Positions 47,287-57,202 of a stretch of 64,000 nt of DNA are shown piece after piece. Source of the stretch: Eubacteriales bacterium (lineage in GTDB: Bacteria; Bacillota; Clostridia; Oscillospirales; CAG-272); the NCBI GenBank assembly GCA_045632405.1, contig JAZQWO010000013.1:6085-70084 (forward strand), in the 5' to 3' direction. The translations under genes were made by a program, and so were the position numbers. The notes under the pieces were generated by a model. That model saw only the letters and a program-made list of their open reading frames with translations, did not search any database and was not told where the DNA came from. Position 1 is the stretch's first letter. Each line of letters begins with the position of its first letter.

Positions 47287-48656
47287 TATATCATTTTCTC
47301 CGGGTGAAAGTATTCGTCAAATTTTTCCTCGTCAAGGTAGCCAAGCTCAACGCAGGCTTCCTTTAAGGAAATATCCTTTTCGTGTGCCAGGTGTACCACC
47401 CTTGCGGCATTTTCGTAGCCGATGTATGGGTTCAAGGCGGTTGCCAGCATCAAGGAATTATGCAAATTTGCGTGCATTTTTTCGCGCTTTGCCTGTATGC
47501 CGCAAACGCAGTTATTGTTAAATGAAATGCAGGCATCGGAGAGCAAGCGCACTGACTGTAAAAGGTTGTGTATGCACACGGGCATAAACACGTTGAGCTC
47601 AAAGTTACCCTGAGATGCGCTCATTGATACGGCATAGTCATTTGCCATAACCTGCACGCACACCATAGTCATAGCCTCGCACTGGGTAGGGTTAACCTTA
47701 CCGGGCATAATGGACGAGCCGGGCTCGTTTTCGGGAATGGTGATTTCCCCAAGACCGCAACGGGGGCCGCTTGCAAGCCACCTGATGTCGTTTGCAATCT
47801 TCATTAAATCACAAGCAAGCGCCTTGATAGCTCCATGGGCCGCCACCAATTCGCCCTTTGACGAAAGAGCATGGAATTTGTTTTCCTCCGGTAAAAATTC
47901 AAAGCCCGTAATTTTGGAAATTTCCTCGCAAACAAGACGGTCAAATCCATTTGGTGCGTTCAAGCCTGTTCCCACAGCAGTTGCGCCAATGGCCAAGTGC
48001 TTCAATGGAATGAGCGCATTTTCTATCATTTCCAAATCTCGCTCAAGGGAGGCACGCCAACCGCTGATTTCCTGTGAAAAGGCAATAGGTGTGGCGTCCT
48101 GAAGATGTGTTCTTCCGCTTTTCACAATGCTCTTGTTCTTTTCCTCAAGGCTTAGTAGCTCGGCAATTAACAGCTCAACCGCAGGAATAAGCCTTGTCTT
48201 TACCGCAACAACGGCAGAGACGTGCATAGCGGTAGGGAATGTATCATTTGAGGACTGTGACATATTAACATCGTCATTTGGGTGCAAAAGGCTCTTGCCC
48301 AAAATTTCGTTGCCGCGGTTTGCTATTACCTCGTTTGCGTTCATATTTGTCTGTGTTCCGCTGCCTGTCTGCCAAACAGCCAAGGGAAAATGCGACATTA
48401 ATTCGCCATTCATAATTTCTGTACAAGCCTTTTTGATGGCAGATAGCTTTTCGCCTGTCATTTTCTCGGATTTTAGTGAATGGTTGGCTTTGGCGCAAGC
48501 CAGCTTTAACGCACCAAATGCGTTGATAATTTCAGCTGGCATTTTCTCTGTGCCAATCTTAAAATTTTCAAAGCTCCTTTGAGTTTGTGCGCCCCAATAT
48601 TTATCGGCAGGAACAGATATCTGTCCCATAGAATCGTGCTCAATACGGTAGTCCAT
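47286..48656 (-). CDS. fumC: class II fumarate hydratase
   Basis: MDYRIEHDSMG...; GSSIMPGKVNPTQCEA signature. Start at ATG 48656 after GAGGTG. The ORF-track extension to 48854 is AT-rich and overlaps the divergent gene. Confidence 0.9.
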   Translation of the reverse strand: MDYRIEHDSMGQISVPADKYWGAQTQRSFENFKIGTEKMPAEIINAFGALKLACAKANHSLKSEKMTGEKLSAIKKACTEIMNGELMSHFPLAVWQTGSGTQTNMNANEVIANRGNEILGKSLLHPNDDVNMSQSSNDTFPTAMHVSAVVAVKTRLIPAVELLIAELLSLEEKNKSIVKSGRTHLQDATPIAFSQEISGWRASLERDLEMIENALIPLKHLAIGATAVGTGLNAPNGFDRLVCEEISKITGFEFLPEENKFHALSSKGELVAAHGAIKALACDLMKIANDIRWLASGPRCGLGEITIPENEPGSSIMPGKVNPTQCEAMTMVCVQVMANDYAVSMSASQGNFELNVFMPVCIHNLLQSVRLLSDACISFNNNCVCGIQAKREKMHANLHNSLMLATALNPYIGYENAARVVHLAHEKDISLKEACVELGYLDEEKFDEYFHPEKMI

Positions 48657-48767
48657 TTTGCACCTCACAAAATAATATAGGAATATTTTAGCATACATAA
48701 CCGTCTTTTTCAAGATTATACTTGAAAGATAATTAAAATAATAGTATAATGAAAACGAGGTGATATT

Positions 48768-49871
48768 ATGTTTAAATACCATATGCCAACAAAGGTTATT
48801 GTTGGGGAAAATTGCGTTTTGGAAAATAGCGGTGAGCTTATTATTGGAAAGCACGCGCTTATTGTCACAGGCAAGTCCTCGGGCAAAAAATCAGGAGCTT
48901 TGGACGATGTGATAAATTTGCTTGAAAACAAGAAAATCCCCTACCACGTGTACGATAAAATAGAAAATAACCCTGAAATTAACGATATGGCAAGAGGTGC
49001 GGAGCTTGCGCGTGAGTGCGGCTGCGACTTTATAATTGCCATAGGCGGCGGCTCTCCAATGGACGCGGCTAAGGCAATTGCCGTGTATGCCACAAATGAG
49101 CCGAGGGAGAATGGCGATTTTGAGCTTTATGATATTTTCAAGGGTGTATACAAAAATAAGCCATTGCCAATGGTGGCAATTCCTACCACCGCGGGCACAG
49201 GCTCTGAGGTAACTCCTTATTCTATACTGACGCTACACAAGGAGCAAACAAAGCGTAGCTTTTCATCAGTTGACACATTTTTTAAATCCGCATTTTTGGA
49301 TGGCAGATATACGGTTAATTTGCCATTGCAGGTTGCAAGAAACACTGCCGTTGATGCCTTGTGTCACTTGATTGAGGGTTACACAAACAAAAAAGCATCT
49401 CCAAGCAGTAATTATATAGCCATAGAGGGCATGCGAATAATCGGCAAGCACCTAGGTGCGCTTGAAAACGGACAGTTTGACGTTGATGCTTGCACCGAGC
49501 TTTTGTGGGCATCTACTCTTGGTGGCATTGTCATTTCTCAAACAGGAACAACTATTGTTCACTCAATGGGATACCAGCTTACTTACTTTAAAGACATTCC
49601 TCACGGACAAGCAAACGGCTATTTGCTTTGCGAATATTTGAAGCGCGTGACACCTGAGCGCGTGGGCGATTGCTTAGAGGCTATGGGACTTTCTTCCCTT
49701 GAAGAGTTAAAGGACTATCTTGGAAAAATCCTACCCTGTGTCAATAATATCACAGAAAAGGAGCTTGTTTCTTGGTCCGATATTTCAATCAAAGCCAAAA
49801 ATGTAGCTTCCTGCCCATACCCTGTAACACAGGAAATGGAAATCGAAATTTATAAAAAAAGTTTACTATAA
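48768..49871 (+). CDS. iron-containing alcohol dehydrogenase family protein
   Basis: IAIGGGSPMDAAKAIA; PTTAGTGSEVT; His-rich metal site HLIEG...HSMG. Confidence 0.85.
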   Translation: MFKYHMPTKVIVGENCVLENSGELIIGKHALIVTGKSSGKKSGALDDVINLLENKKIPYHVYDKIENNPEINDMARGAELARECGCDFIIAIGGGSPMDAAKAIAVYATNEPRENGDFELYDIFKGVYKNKPLPMVAIPTTAGTGSEVTPYSILTLHKEQTKRSFSSVDTFFKSAFLDGRYTVNLPLQVARNTAVDALCHLIEGYTNKKASPSSNYIAIEGMRIIGKHLGALENGQFDVDACTELLWASTLGGIVISQTGTTIVHSMGYQLTYFKDIPHGQANGYLLCEYLKRVTPERVGDCLEAMGLSSLEELKDYLGKILPCVNNITEKELVSWSDISIKAKNVASCPYPVTQEMEIEIYKKSLL

Positions 49872-49882
49872 AGGAGAGAAAA

Positions 49883-51982
49883 ATGAAAAAGATTTTGCTT
49901 TCGGCAGTTCTTGCCTTGACGATGTGTCTTTTCCTTGCCCTTTTCGTTGGCGCAGAGGAATATAACACAGTTGACAATTTGGGCGAGCCCGACTGGTACA
50001 CAGGAAATTATCAGCTCATAAAAGACAAAACATCAAAGGTTGTTTTGTCAAACGGTGACGGTACATACACCGCATACCCTGCTTACTACATTTTGAAATA
50101 CAGCATTACAGTAAAGGATGGTGCTATAACTGAAGCATACATAAATGGCTTTGACTATTCGTTTGTTAACGGAAAAACAGGAAAGAGCTATGGTTCGGGC
50201 GCGATTTATAAAATCGAATTGCCATACGGCTTAACAACTATTAAAAGCGACTATTTCGGTTTCTATCCAAAGGAAGCAAATGTGGTTGAGCTTGTAATGT
50301 CCGATTCGATTACATCCGTGGCGGCTCACGCCTTCCGTAATGATAAGAGCAGTAATAAATTGCATCTTAAAAAGATTGTTTTTTCTAAGAATTTAACATC
50401 CGTAGGCGCTTACGCCTTTTTGAAATTAGATACACTTGAAACAGTTGAAATCCCTGCGGGAACAGATGCTGTGCTTGATCTTTCAGGGACGCAAATATTC
50501 AAGGGCTGTTCAAGCCTGCAAAGCTTAGATTTGTCAAAGAGAAACATCAAGGCGTTGGGTGATAACTTTTTGGAAGAGTGTTCAAGCCTTGAAAGGCTTG
50601 CCTTGCCCGACTCCTTGGAGACTATCGGCTCTTGCTCCATATACAAATGTCCAAAATTATATTTAGCAAGTGACTTTTTACCTGCAAACCTTAAAACCGT
50701 TGGCTTCCACTTCCTATCCGGTTGTAAGAGCATTAACAAGGTTCTTTATTTCCCTGACGGTTTCGAGGGATTTACTTCAAACTACAATTTCAGTAGCGAC
50801 AAGGAAATTGCCCCTGACCTCACTTTGGTTTTTCTTGGTAAGGTTAGCGGAACATGGAGCTTTGAACAGTTCCATATGAGCAAGGGAGAGCGTAAGCTTA
50901 CATTTATCTTTACAAAAAATCAATTTTCAGACCTTACCGGTAAAATTGTACAGGCATCAAATGACGGAACTCTTACTTATATAGGTAAAACCGCAAGCGC
51001 TGATGATACAGATTATTGGGAGCAAACCGGCACCTTGACAATTAACTTTGGTAGTGCTGCCGAGTCTAACAGTAAGTACAAAACAGATGAAAATGGCAAC
51101 ACACTGTACTATGTAAATACCAATTCCTACAAGCTGTTCTTCTGCGGTGGAGAGAATGTAGAGCTTGTGTACGGTATTCGTGAAAGTGCATCAAATTCCG
51201 AGTGGACAAAGCCATATACAACTCCCTTTACCTTTGACAGACAGGGTCATATGGACGCAGGCGTTCACTACGATTTGGTTGAGGTTTTGAGCCTTGCAAA
51301 CTGCGGTATCGATGGCGTAACAGAGCACACCTGTGTTCTTTGCGAAAGAGTAATAGAGGATAGAATTCCCGCAACAGGCGACCACCGTACATACGAGGTT
51401 AGCCCCTGCGCCGATAAGTGCGAGGTTTGCGAGCTATATGTACAAAAAGCAATTCAAAGCCACAATATTTACGAATATTTCACCTATGCAAACGGCTTTA
51501 CCGTAGCAGGTGCGTGTGGCTCACAGTGCGCAAATGAGGGTTGCTCCAATAAGACCGAAAAGGAAATGAGCGCTTTGGTTGTTGACCTTGGCTTCTCTGT
51601 ACCTGAGAGTGGAAGCTTCAGAGGCATTAATTACGGATACAAAGTAAACAAGGATGCTGTTTCCGAGTATGAGAGAATAAACGGTTGTAAAATATCCGTG
51701 GGCGCATTGATTGCTTCGGGTGAAAACATCAATAACGACGAAAAGGTAATTAGCCACATATTTGCAGTAATTCTTGATATGGTTGACTTTGCTATTAATT
51801 ACGGAGAAACAAGCAATTACGACGACAAGGATGTAGTTTTTGCAGGATTTGTATCAGTTACACAAAACGGCACAACAAGCAACTCTTACTTCCAAAGTGA
51901 AACAAATCTCCCAACAAATAGCTACACATCAGACAAATATGGCACATTCTATGGAATTAGCTACAACACAATAAAGGGTTAA
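49883..51982 (+). CDS. secreted BspA-type leucine-rich-repeat protein with a C-terminal His/Cys module
   Basis: Signal peptide ...FVGAEE. Repeated ...L..I.IP..VT.IG..AF..C..L... units. Cys-rich CGIDGVTEHTCVLCE...CADKCEVCE...CGSQCANEGC. Confidence 0.75.
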   Translation: MKKILLSAVLALTMCLFLALFVGAEEYNTVDNLGEPDWYTGNYQLIKDKTSKVVLSNGDGTYTAYPAYYILKYSITVKDGAITEAYINGFDYSFVNGKTGKSYGSGAIYKIELPYGLTTIKSDYFGFYPKEANVVELVMSDSITSVAAHAFRNDKSSNKLHLKKIVFSKNLTSVGAYAFLKLDTLETVEIPAGTDAVLDLSGTQIFKGCSSLQSLDLSKRNIKALGDNFLEECSSLERLALPDSLETIGSCSIYKCPKLYLASDFLPANLKTVGFHFLSGCKSINKVLYFPDGFEGFTSNYNFSSDKEIAPDLTLVFLGKVSGTWSFEQFHMSKGERKLTFIFTKNQFSDLTGKIVQASNDGTLTYIGKTASADDTDYWEQTGTLTINFGSAAESNSKYKTDENGNTLYYVNTNSYKLFFCGGENVELVYGIRESASNSEWTKPYTTPFTFDRQGHMDAGVHYDLVEVLSLANCGIDGVTEHTCVLCERVIEDRIPATGDHRTYEVSPCADKCEVCELYVQKAIQSHNIYEYFTYANGFTVAGACGSQCANEGCSNKTEKEMSALVVDLGFSVPESGSFRGINYGYKVNKDAVSEYERINGCKISVGALIASGENINNDEKVISHIFAVILDMVDFAINYGETSNYDDKDVVFAGFVSVTQNGTTSNSYFQSETNLPTNSYTSDKYGTFYGISYNTIKG

Positions 51983-51985
51983 CGC

Positions 51986-52061
51986 AAAAAATCGGCACAA
52001 AGCGGACTTCTCATAAGGAAGTTTAAATTCTCCTTGTAGGGACAGGCGTCCTCGACTGTCC
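51986..52061 (+). repeat. 76-nt composite post-stop element, copy L
   Basis: aaaaaatcggcac - N8 - cttctcataagga - N16 - gtagggacag..ctgtcc. Begins 3 nt after the stop of the LRR gene. Confidence 0.75.
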
Positions 52062-52096
52062 GCAAAGGTATAAATGCAACGCAGAAGACAAATAAT

Positions 52097-52133
52097 TACC
52101 GCCGACAGATAATCTGCCGGCGGTAGTTTTATT
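52097..52133. terminator. terminator hairpin between convergent genes
   Basis: Stem ttaccgccgacag / ctgccggcggtag (1 bulge) followed by ttttatt. Confidence 0.65.
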
Positions 52134-52152
52134 CTGTTCGATAAATTGGAAT

Positions 52153-52512
52153 TTATGTAATTCTGCCGTGGTTCATGCTATCAATAATAGAAAGTCCAAT
52201 CAGACCAAAAAGAATTGATATGATTATCAAACAACCGCACCATAGAATTCGTTTGATAAAAGTGCATTTGTCAATATCGTTCAATTTATATAGGCATATA
52301 TTTCTGAAAAAGATTAATGCAAACAACATAATAAAGAAGATTGGTGCAAAGCCAATCAAAAGTTCCAACGTCATACGAAAGAACCCTTCAAGCGAACCTC
52401 CGCCGTCAGTAGTACCAATTTGCATGGTAATTGATACTCCGGCAGGAACGACAATATACCCTGTTGTAAGTAAAATCATGAGCGTTTTCAGGAAGTTGCA
52501 CAGTTTTCTCAT
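52153..52512 (-). CDS. small membrane protein, no family recognised
   Basis: 119 aa with about 3 TM helices and a GAGGAGG RBS. Visibly more AT-rich than neighbouring genes. Confidence 0.55.
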   Translation of the reverse strand: MRKLCNFLKTLMILLTTGYIVVPAGVSITMQIGTTDGGGSLEGFFRMTLELLIGFAPIFFIMLFALIFFRNICLYKLNDIDKCTFIKRILWCGCLIIISILFGLIGLSIIDSMNHGRIT

Positions 52513-52607
52513 TGAAGCGCCTCCTCGTCAAATTCTTATTTATCTTTCTGTTTATTGCCAGTTTCGCCTTTGTATTACTAAGGCATAGGGCAAAGCCCAT
52601 ACCCCTT

Positions 52608-52685
52608 TGTAGGGCGGGGGTTTACTCCCGCCGCATTTTAGATTCAAGGCGTTCATCACGGCGGGAGCAAGCCCCCCGCCCTACG
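52608..52685. repeat. inverted pair of GTAGGG-type GC-rich hairpin units
   Basis: tgtagggcgggggtttactcccgccg ... cggcgggagcaagccccccgccctacg. Confidence 0.85.
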
Positions 52686-52751
52686 ATGTACCACCATTAT
52701 AATACAAATCGGCAGAGAAAACAATATCTCTGCCGAAATTTATGTGTGTCC

Positions 52752-52827
52752 GTAGGGGCGATTCATGAATCGCCCCTACAAAATACAAACATCCTTATGA
52801 GAAGGAGCCAAATCGTGCCGATTTTTT
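52752..52827 (-). repeat. 76-nt composite post-stop element, copy R (inverted)
   Basis: Minus strand reads aaaaaatcggcac - N10 - cttctcataagga - N12 - perfect 28-nt palindrome gtaggggcgattcatgaatcgcccctac. Begins 1 nt after the GH36 stop. Confidence 0.8.
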
Positions 52828-52828
52828 C

Positions 52829-54883
52829 TTATATTTCCATTTCGATAATAGCCGCGGTGCATGGGCTATTAAGAGTAACAGTCAATTCCTTGCCCTGTGT
52901 AGAAATTGCGCCTTCGCACCTTGATGGGTAAAGGATTCTTGCGCTCTTGATGTCATCTTCAAAAGGAATTGTAATCCTGTCCTTTTCCTCGTCCATTCTC
53001 CAAACCGCCATTCTGATTTTTCGGGGTAGCTTATATGCCTCGCACATCCAGGTGTCAGCGTACCTAGGCATACCAAGAGGCCAGAATGGAATTGATTTTG
53101 GAATGTCGGAGCGGATTTGCTTGTGCAAATCAAGAGCTTCTTTAACAAGGGCGGTTTGCTCCTCGTCCCAGGCTTGGATTTCACCTGAAAGGTGAACCCG
53201 CTTTAAAAGAGAGCTAACCATATTTACAATAATTTCGTCGCGGGAAGCCTTGGCAAGAGGATAAGACCAAATTGCACCCTGCTCAGGTATTACCGCAGTG
53301 GACGCGGCGGCTGAAATTTTGGCATTGTAGCGGTAATCCTCTTGGTCGCTGACAGACTGCAAATGGCAAACGGAAAGCTGCGCATAGTCCATGCGCATGC
53401 TGCCGCTGGAGCAGTTTTCAATTATCAAGTCTGGATGTCTTTCCTTGACGGATTTTAACCATTCAAGGTAAGCTCTGTTATGTCCCAAAAGTCCGTCACC
53501 GCAGCTATCAGAACCATATTCCGTGCCCTTGCCTGCTTCAATGTTATAGTCAAGCTTGAAGTAGCCAACGCCGTAGTCACGTATCAAGCGGTCAACTGTG
53601 TCACTGGCAAACTTGCGCACATCAGGGTTTCTGAAATCAAGCTGATATCTGCCGTGGTCGATAACGCGCTTTCCGCGGCGCATAAAGAACCAGGAGTCGG
53701 GCAAGTCCTTTACCAATGGGCAATTAATACCCATAACCTCAATCTCTAACCAAATGCCGGGTATCATACCGTGCGCGTGGATTTTATCGAATAAGCTCTT
53801 TAATCCGCTTGGAAAGCGCCAGCTTGAGGGCTTCCATTCTCCAACGGAATCCCACCAAGTCCCATCCGCATACCAGCCTGCATCAACGCAGTAATACTCC
53901 GCGCCAATTTTTGCGGCACGGTCAATAATAGGCAAGGATTTTTCCTCGGTTGGGTCTCCCATTAAGCAGTTCATATAGTCATTGAAAATAATAGGCAAAT
54001 ATTCATTTTGCGCATTGTTTGTTACTATTTTGCGACGGTATTTTGTCATTTCGCCAATAGCCTCGTTGAAATCCTTGGCAACGCAAATTGCCGCCTTAAC
54101 GGTTTCAAACGATTCGCCCTGCTTTAATTCCTTGTACCAATCGTGCTCCTGCTCGTTAGGGCCACTGATTTTCAAATAGAGCATACGGTCAATATCGGAA
54201 ATTTCCCAAGCCCAGGAGCCATTGTGCTCAATTTGCCACATAACGGTGTTTTGTGTTTCAAGATTTTGATAAGCACCCATTGGCAAATATTCCTTGGCAC
54301 TCCAGCTTCCTGTGTTGGAAACTAAAATTCTTTTGCCGGAAAAATAGGTAAGAGGGGCATATCCCAGCTCACCCGGAGTATATGAGTGCCAATTTGCCTC
54401 TCTGCACCACGCATTATGCGGAATTAGTATGCGCATTTTTTCGTCAAGCGGCAAATTTCCCTCATCAATTCCTGAATATGAAAATGTGGAAATATATTCA
54501 ATGCCTAAATCAGACGCGCCTGTATTTACAACAGTTGTCCAGGTGCGGAAAACCGCAATATCACGGTAAAATTGGAAGTGGGCGCAAACATCCATTCGCT
54601 CGTCACTCAGATATACCTCAAGCTTGTTTCCAAGCTCGTTTTCGTAATACTTATGTGTCTTATATTTCAGTGTAAAGGTGGCACTTCCGCCTGTGTGCTT
54701 TGCCATGTGGTGGTCGTTGGGGTTTTCGCCACAAATGTGCATTTCCACAAGAGGACCCCAAGCATCCTTATCTCGCACGTGCTCAACCTCGCCGCGCGAT
54801 AGGATGCGCAAGGAGGCTCTTCCCTCACTTGATACATTGATTTTGAAATTAAATTGCTTTTGTGAAAAATCTAAAATTTTCAT
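52829..54883 (-). CDS. alpha-galactosidase, GH36
   Basis: ...YFKLDYNIE...IENCSSGSMRMDY... is the GH36 catalytic region. ATG 54883 after CAGGAG. Confidence 0.85.
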   Translation of the reverse strand: MKILDFSQKQFNFKINVSSEGRASLRILSRGEVEHVRDKDAWGPLVEMHICGENPNDHHMAKHTGGSATFTLKYKTHKYYENELGNKLEVYLSDERMDVCAHFQFYRDIAVFRTWTTVVNTGASDLGIEYISTFSYSGIDEGNLPLDEKMRILIPHNAWCREANWHSYTPGELGYAPLTYFSGKRILVSNTGSWSAKEYLPMGAYQNLETQNTVMWQIEHNGSWAWEISDIDRMLYLKISGPNEQEHDWYKELKQGESFETVKAAICVAKDFNEAIGEMTKYRRKIVTNNAQNEYLPIIFNDYMNCLMGDPTEEKSLPIIDRAAKIGAEYYCVDAGWYADGTWWDSVGEWKPSSWRFPSGLKSLFDKIHAHGMIPGIWLEIEVMGINCPLVKDLPDSWFFMRRGKRVIDHGRYQLDFRNPDVRKFASDTVDRLIRDYGVGYFKLDYNIEAGKGTEYGSDSCGDGLLGHNRAYLEWLKSVKERHPDLIIENCSSGSMRMDYAQLSVCHLQSVSDQEDYRYNAKISAAASTAVIPEQGAIWSYPLAKASRDEIIVNMVSSLLKRVHLSGEIQAWDEEQTALVKEALDLHKQIRSDIPKSIPFWPLGMPRYADTWMCEAYKLPRKIRMAVWRMDEEKDRITIPFEDDIKSARILYPSRCEGAISTQGKELTVTLNSPCTAAIIEMEI

Positions 54884-54884
54884 T

Positions 54885-57071
54885 TTATTCTCCTGTAAGC
54901 TCAAATCGAAGAGTGCCGCCACCTGTTATTTCCTCGTATGTAAGGTAGTAGCGGTCTAATTTTTGACCGTTAAAGTATATAGATTTAATGTAGCCGTGCT
55001 CAAGTGGATTTTTGTCACATTCGATGGAAAGACAGGAATCAACCGCACAGCTATGGTAAAGCGGATTCAACTTGATTTTCGCATTTTTGAAGAGGGGAGT
55101 GTTGATAAAATACCTTTTGTCACACATACAAGCCTGTGCAAATCCAAGAGCGGAAAGAACATACCAAGCAGATAACTGACCTACATCCTCGTTGCCGCAA
55201 AATCCAAAAGCGCCAAGACGGTAAGCTTCCTTTTGCACACGCCTTGTCCAATATTGTGTGCGCTTTGGAAGACCTAAAATGTTAAAGTAGTGTGTTATAT
55301 TGTGGCAAGGCTCGTTTGAATGGTTGTAGTCCTCATTCCAAAGGCGGGAAAAGTCTGCCCTTTCAAAGAGCCTTTCCAAAAGCTCAATGGTGCGCTCCTT
55401 GCCGAAAAGCTCTGCAAGTCCCTCGACGTCATACGGTATAAACCAGCTCTGCTGGAAAATGTTGCTCTCCACACAGCCCCAGTCCGCGTATTCACTTGTA
55501 ATAGGCGCGAACACGTTATTTTCGTCGCGGGCACTCATAAAGCCAAGGGCGGGGTTATAGTTGTTTTTGTATGTAGCTACACGTGTCATAAAGTGGCGGT
55601 AGTCCTCGTCCCTTCCCATTTCCTTGGCAAGCTGTGCCATGCAGTAGTCGGCTAACAAATATTCAAGAGTATCGCTAAGAGAGCCGGGAACATATGCCTT
55701 TTCAGTATATTGTGTGCATTTGGGTCGGAAGCTTTCAAAGCAATCGTCACTCACCGAAAGCGAGGACATACGGCAAATTTCATAGGCTGCCTCTGTGTCA
55801 AAATTGCGAATACCCTTTAAGTAAGCATCGGCCATTACCAAAAGTCCAGGATCTCCCACCATACAGTGGGAGTCAATACCCATCAGCTCCCATCTTGGCA
55901 AAGATGTACCGCGCGCTTGTGCGATACTCAAAAGAGAGTTCACCTCGTCATTTACAGCCACAGGGTCGATAATTGTAAGGAGTGGGAACTCGCTTCTGTA
56001 TACATCCCAACCGCTGAACATAGTGCGGTGTGTATAGTCTGCCACGGTTATGTCTTGGTTAGGGTCAACATATCTGCCGTCACAGTCAACGGCGGTGCGT
56101 GGGTCTAAGAGTGCGTGGTAAAGGCAAGTGTAATATAGGGTTAAGTCTGTTTCGTTTTCGCCCTCTACCGTTGCAATGTCAAGGGCGCGCTCCCAAGCCT
56201 CATCAGCCTTTTTGTATATTTCTTCAAAGTCAAAATTGGGGCACTCTGTGCGCAAATTGTTTCTTGCGCCCTCTAAATCTACATATGAAATGCCGCATCT
56301 TATTAAAACCTGCTCGTTTTCCTCTGCTTTAAAAGTGGCAAGCAAATGCAAATCCTTGCCGCTTACATTACCTTGGGCATTTTCCAAAAATTCCTCGTTT
56401 TCAAAAAACTTATATTCAAAATCCTTTGATACTTCCAGAGAAAAATAGAGCTTATAGCCAATACCACCGTGACCTCTGCCAAAGCCGCCACCTGCAGGAG
56501 TGCATATAATTTCACCCTCAATTTTTCTGCCGTCAACAGTGACTGCTTGCTCGTCTGCGTGGCCTGCAATTCGGCGTGAAAAATTGAAAATAATGCCACA
56601 CGTGTCGTTCTTTGGGTATGTAAAGCGCAAAATTCCCGAGTGGCAAGCGGATGTTGCCTCGGCTAAAATGCCATATCTTTCAAGCAAAACAGAGTAGTAG
56701 CCTGCTTTTGCTTTTTCCTTCTCGTGGGAAAATTCCGATTTCCAGCCCTCTGTACCCTTTGTAAAGGGAAGTTCGTCGTTTGAGCCACTGCGCAAATCAG
56801 TCTTGCCCACAATTGGCATAATCTGCAAGTTACCAAGGTCACCGTACCAGCCAATGCCACTCATATGGTTCACACTGAAGCCCTCAATTGTGCCTTGGCA
56901 ATAGTTGTAGCCTGTGCCGTTGTCCCCACTTGTTGTAGTGTCCGGAGACAATTGCATCATACCAAATGGATAGGTAGCACCGGGATGGGTCTTGCCACCA
57001 CCGTGAAAGCTCTCGCCCTGCTCGTCACCCACAGTGCCGATAATGGGATCTATATAATCGGTTTTTTTCAT
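54885..57071 (-). CDS. GH92 family glycoside hydrolase (alpha-mannosidase-like)
   Basis: DYIDPIIGT...GGGKTHPGATYPFGMMQLSPDT is the N-terminal GH92 signature. ATG 57071 after GAGGT. Confidence 0.8.
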   Translation of the reverse strand: MKKTDYIDPIIGTVGDEQGESFHGGGKTHPGATYPFGMMQLSPDTTTSGDNGTGYNYCQGTIEGFSVNHMSGIGWYGDLGNLQIMPIVGKTDLRSGSNDELPFTKGTEGWKSEFSHEKEKAKAGYYSVLLERYGILAEATSACHSGILRFTYPKNDTCGIIFNFSRRIAGHADEQAVTVDGRKIEGEIICTPAGGGFGRGHGGIGYKLYFSLEVSKDFEYKFFENEEFLENAQGNVSGKDLHLLATFKAEENEQVLIRCGISYVDLEGARNNLRTECPNFDFEEIYKKADEAWERALDIATVEGENETDLTLYYTCLYHALLDPRTAVDCDGRYVDPNQDITVADYTHRTMFSGWDVYRSEFPLLTIIDPVAVNDEVNSLLSIAQARGTSLPRWELMGIDSHCMVGDPGLLVMADAYLKGIRNFDTEAAYEICRMSSLSVSDDCFESFRPKCTQYTEKAYVPGSLSDTLEYLLADYCMAQLAKEMGRDEDYRHFMTRVATYKNNYNPALGFMSARDENNVFAPITSEYADWGCVESNIFQQSWFIPYDVEGLAELFGKERTIELLERLFERADFSRLWNEDYNHSNEPCHNITHYFNILGLPKRTQYWTRRVQKEAYRLGAFGFCGNEDVGQLSAWYVLSALGFAQACMCDKRYFINTPLFKNAKIKLNPLYHSCAVDSCLSIECDKNPLEHGYIKSIYFNGQKLDRYYLTYEEITGGGTLRFELTGE

Positions 57072-57202
57072 AATAACCTCGCTTTTGCTTTTTTCTTCCA
57101 TTTTACCATAGGTAAACAAACTTTTCAACACAAAATAATTGACAAATAAATATTTGTGTGCTATATTATTTTAAAAGTTATTGTTTAAGAGAGGACTAAA
57201 AA

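Noticed and set aside
48657-48854. 66-codon N-terminal extension of fumC in the ORF track
   Set aside because: The extension is AT-rich and low-complexity (…FSLYYYFNYLSSIIL…). It overlaps the divergent alcohol-dehydrogenase start. The conserved MDYRIEHDSMG start has a GAGGTG RBS.
49871-49883. Functional operon linking the Fe-alcohol dehydrogenase and the LRR surface protein (11-nt spacing)
   Set aside because: Close spacing alone is weak evidence. The products have no obvious functional connection, and the LRR gene has its own RBS. I noted it but do not treat it as a system.
52512-52931. 139-aa plus-strand ORF
   Set aside because: It is translated through the GC-rich palindromic repeats (…RAGVYSRRILDSRRSSRREQAPRPT…VGAIHESPLQ…) and into the antisense strand of the GH36 gene. 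It is a typical repeat-derived artefact.
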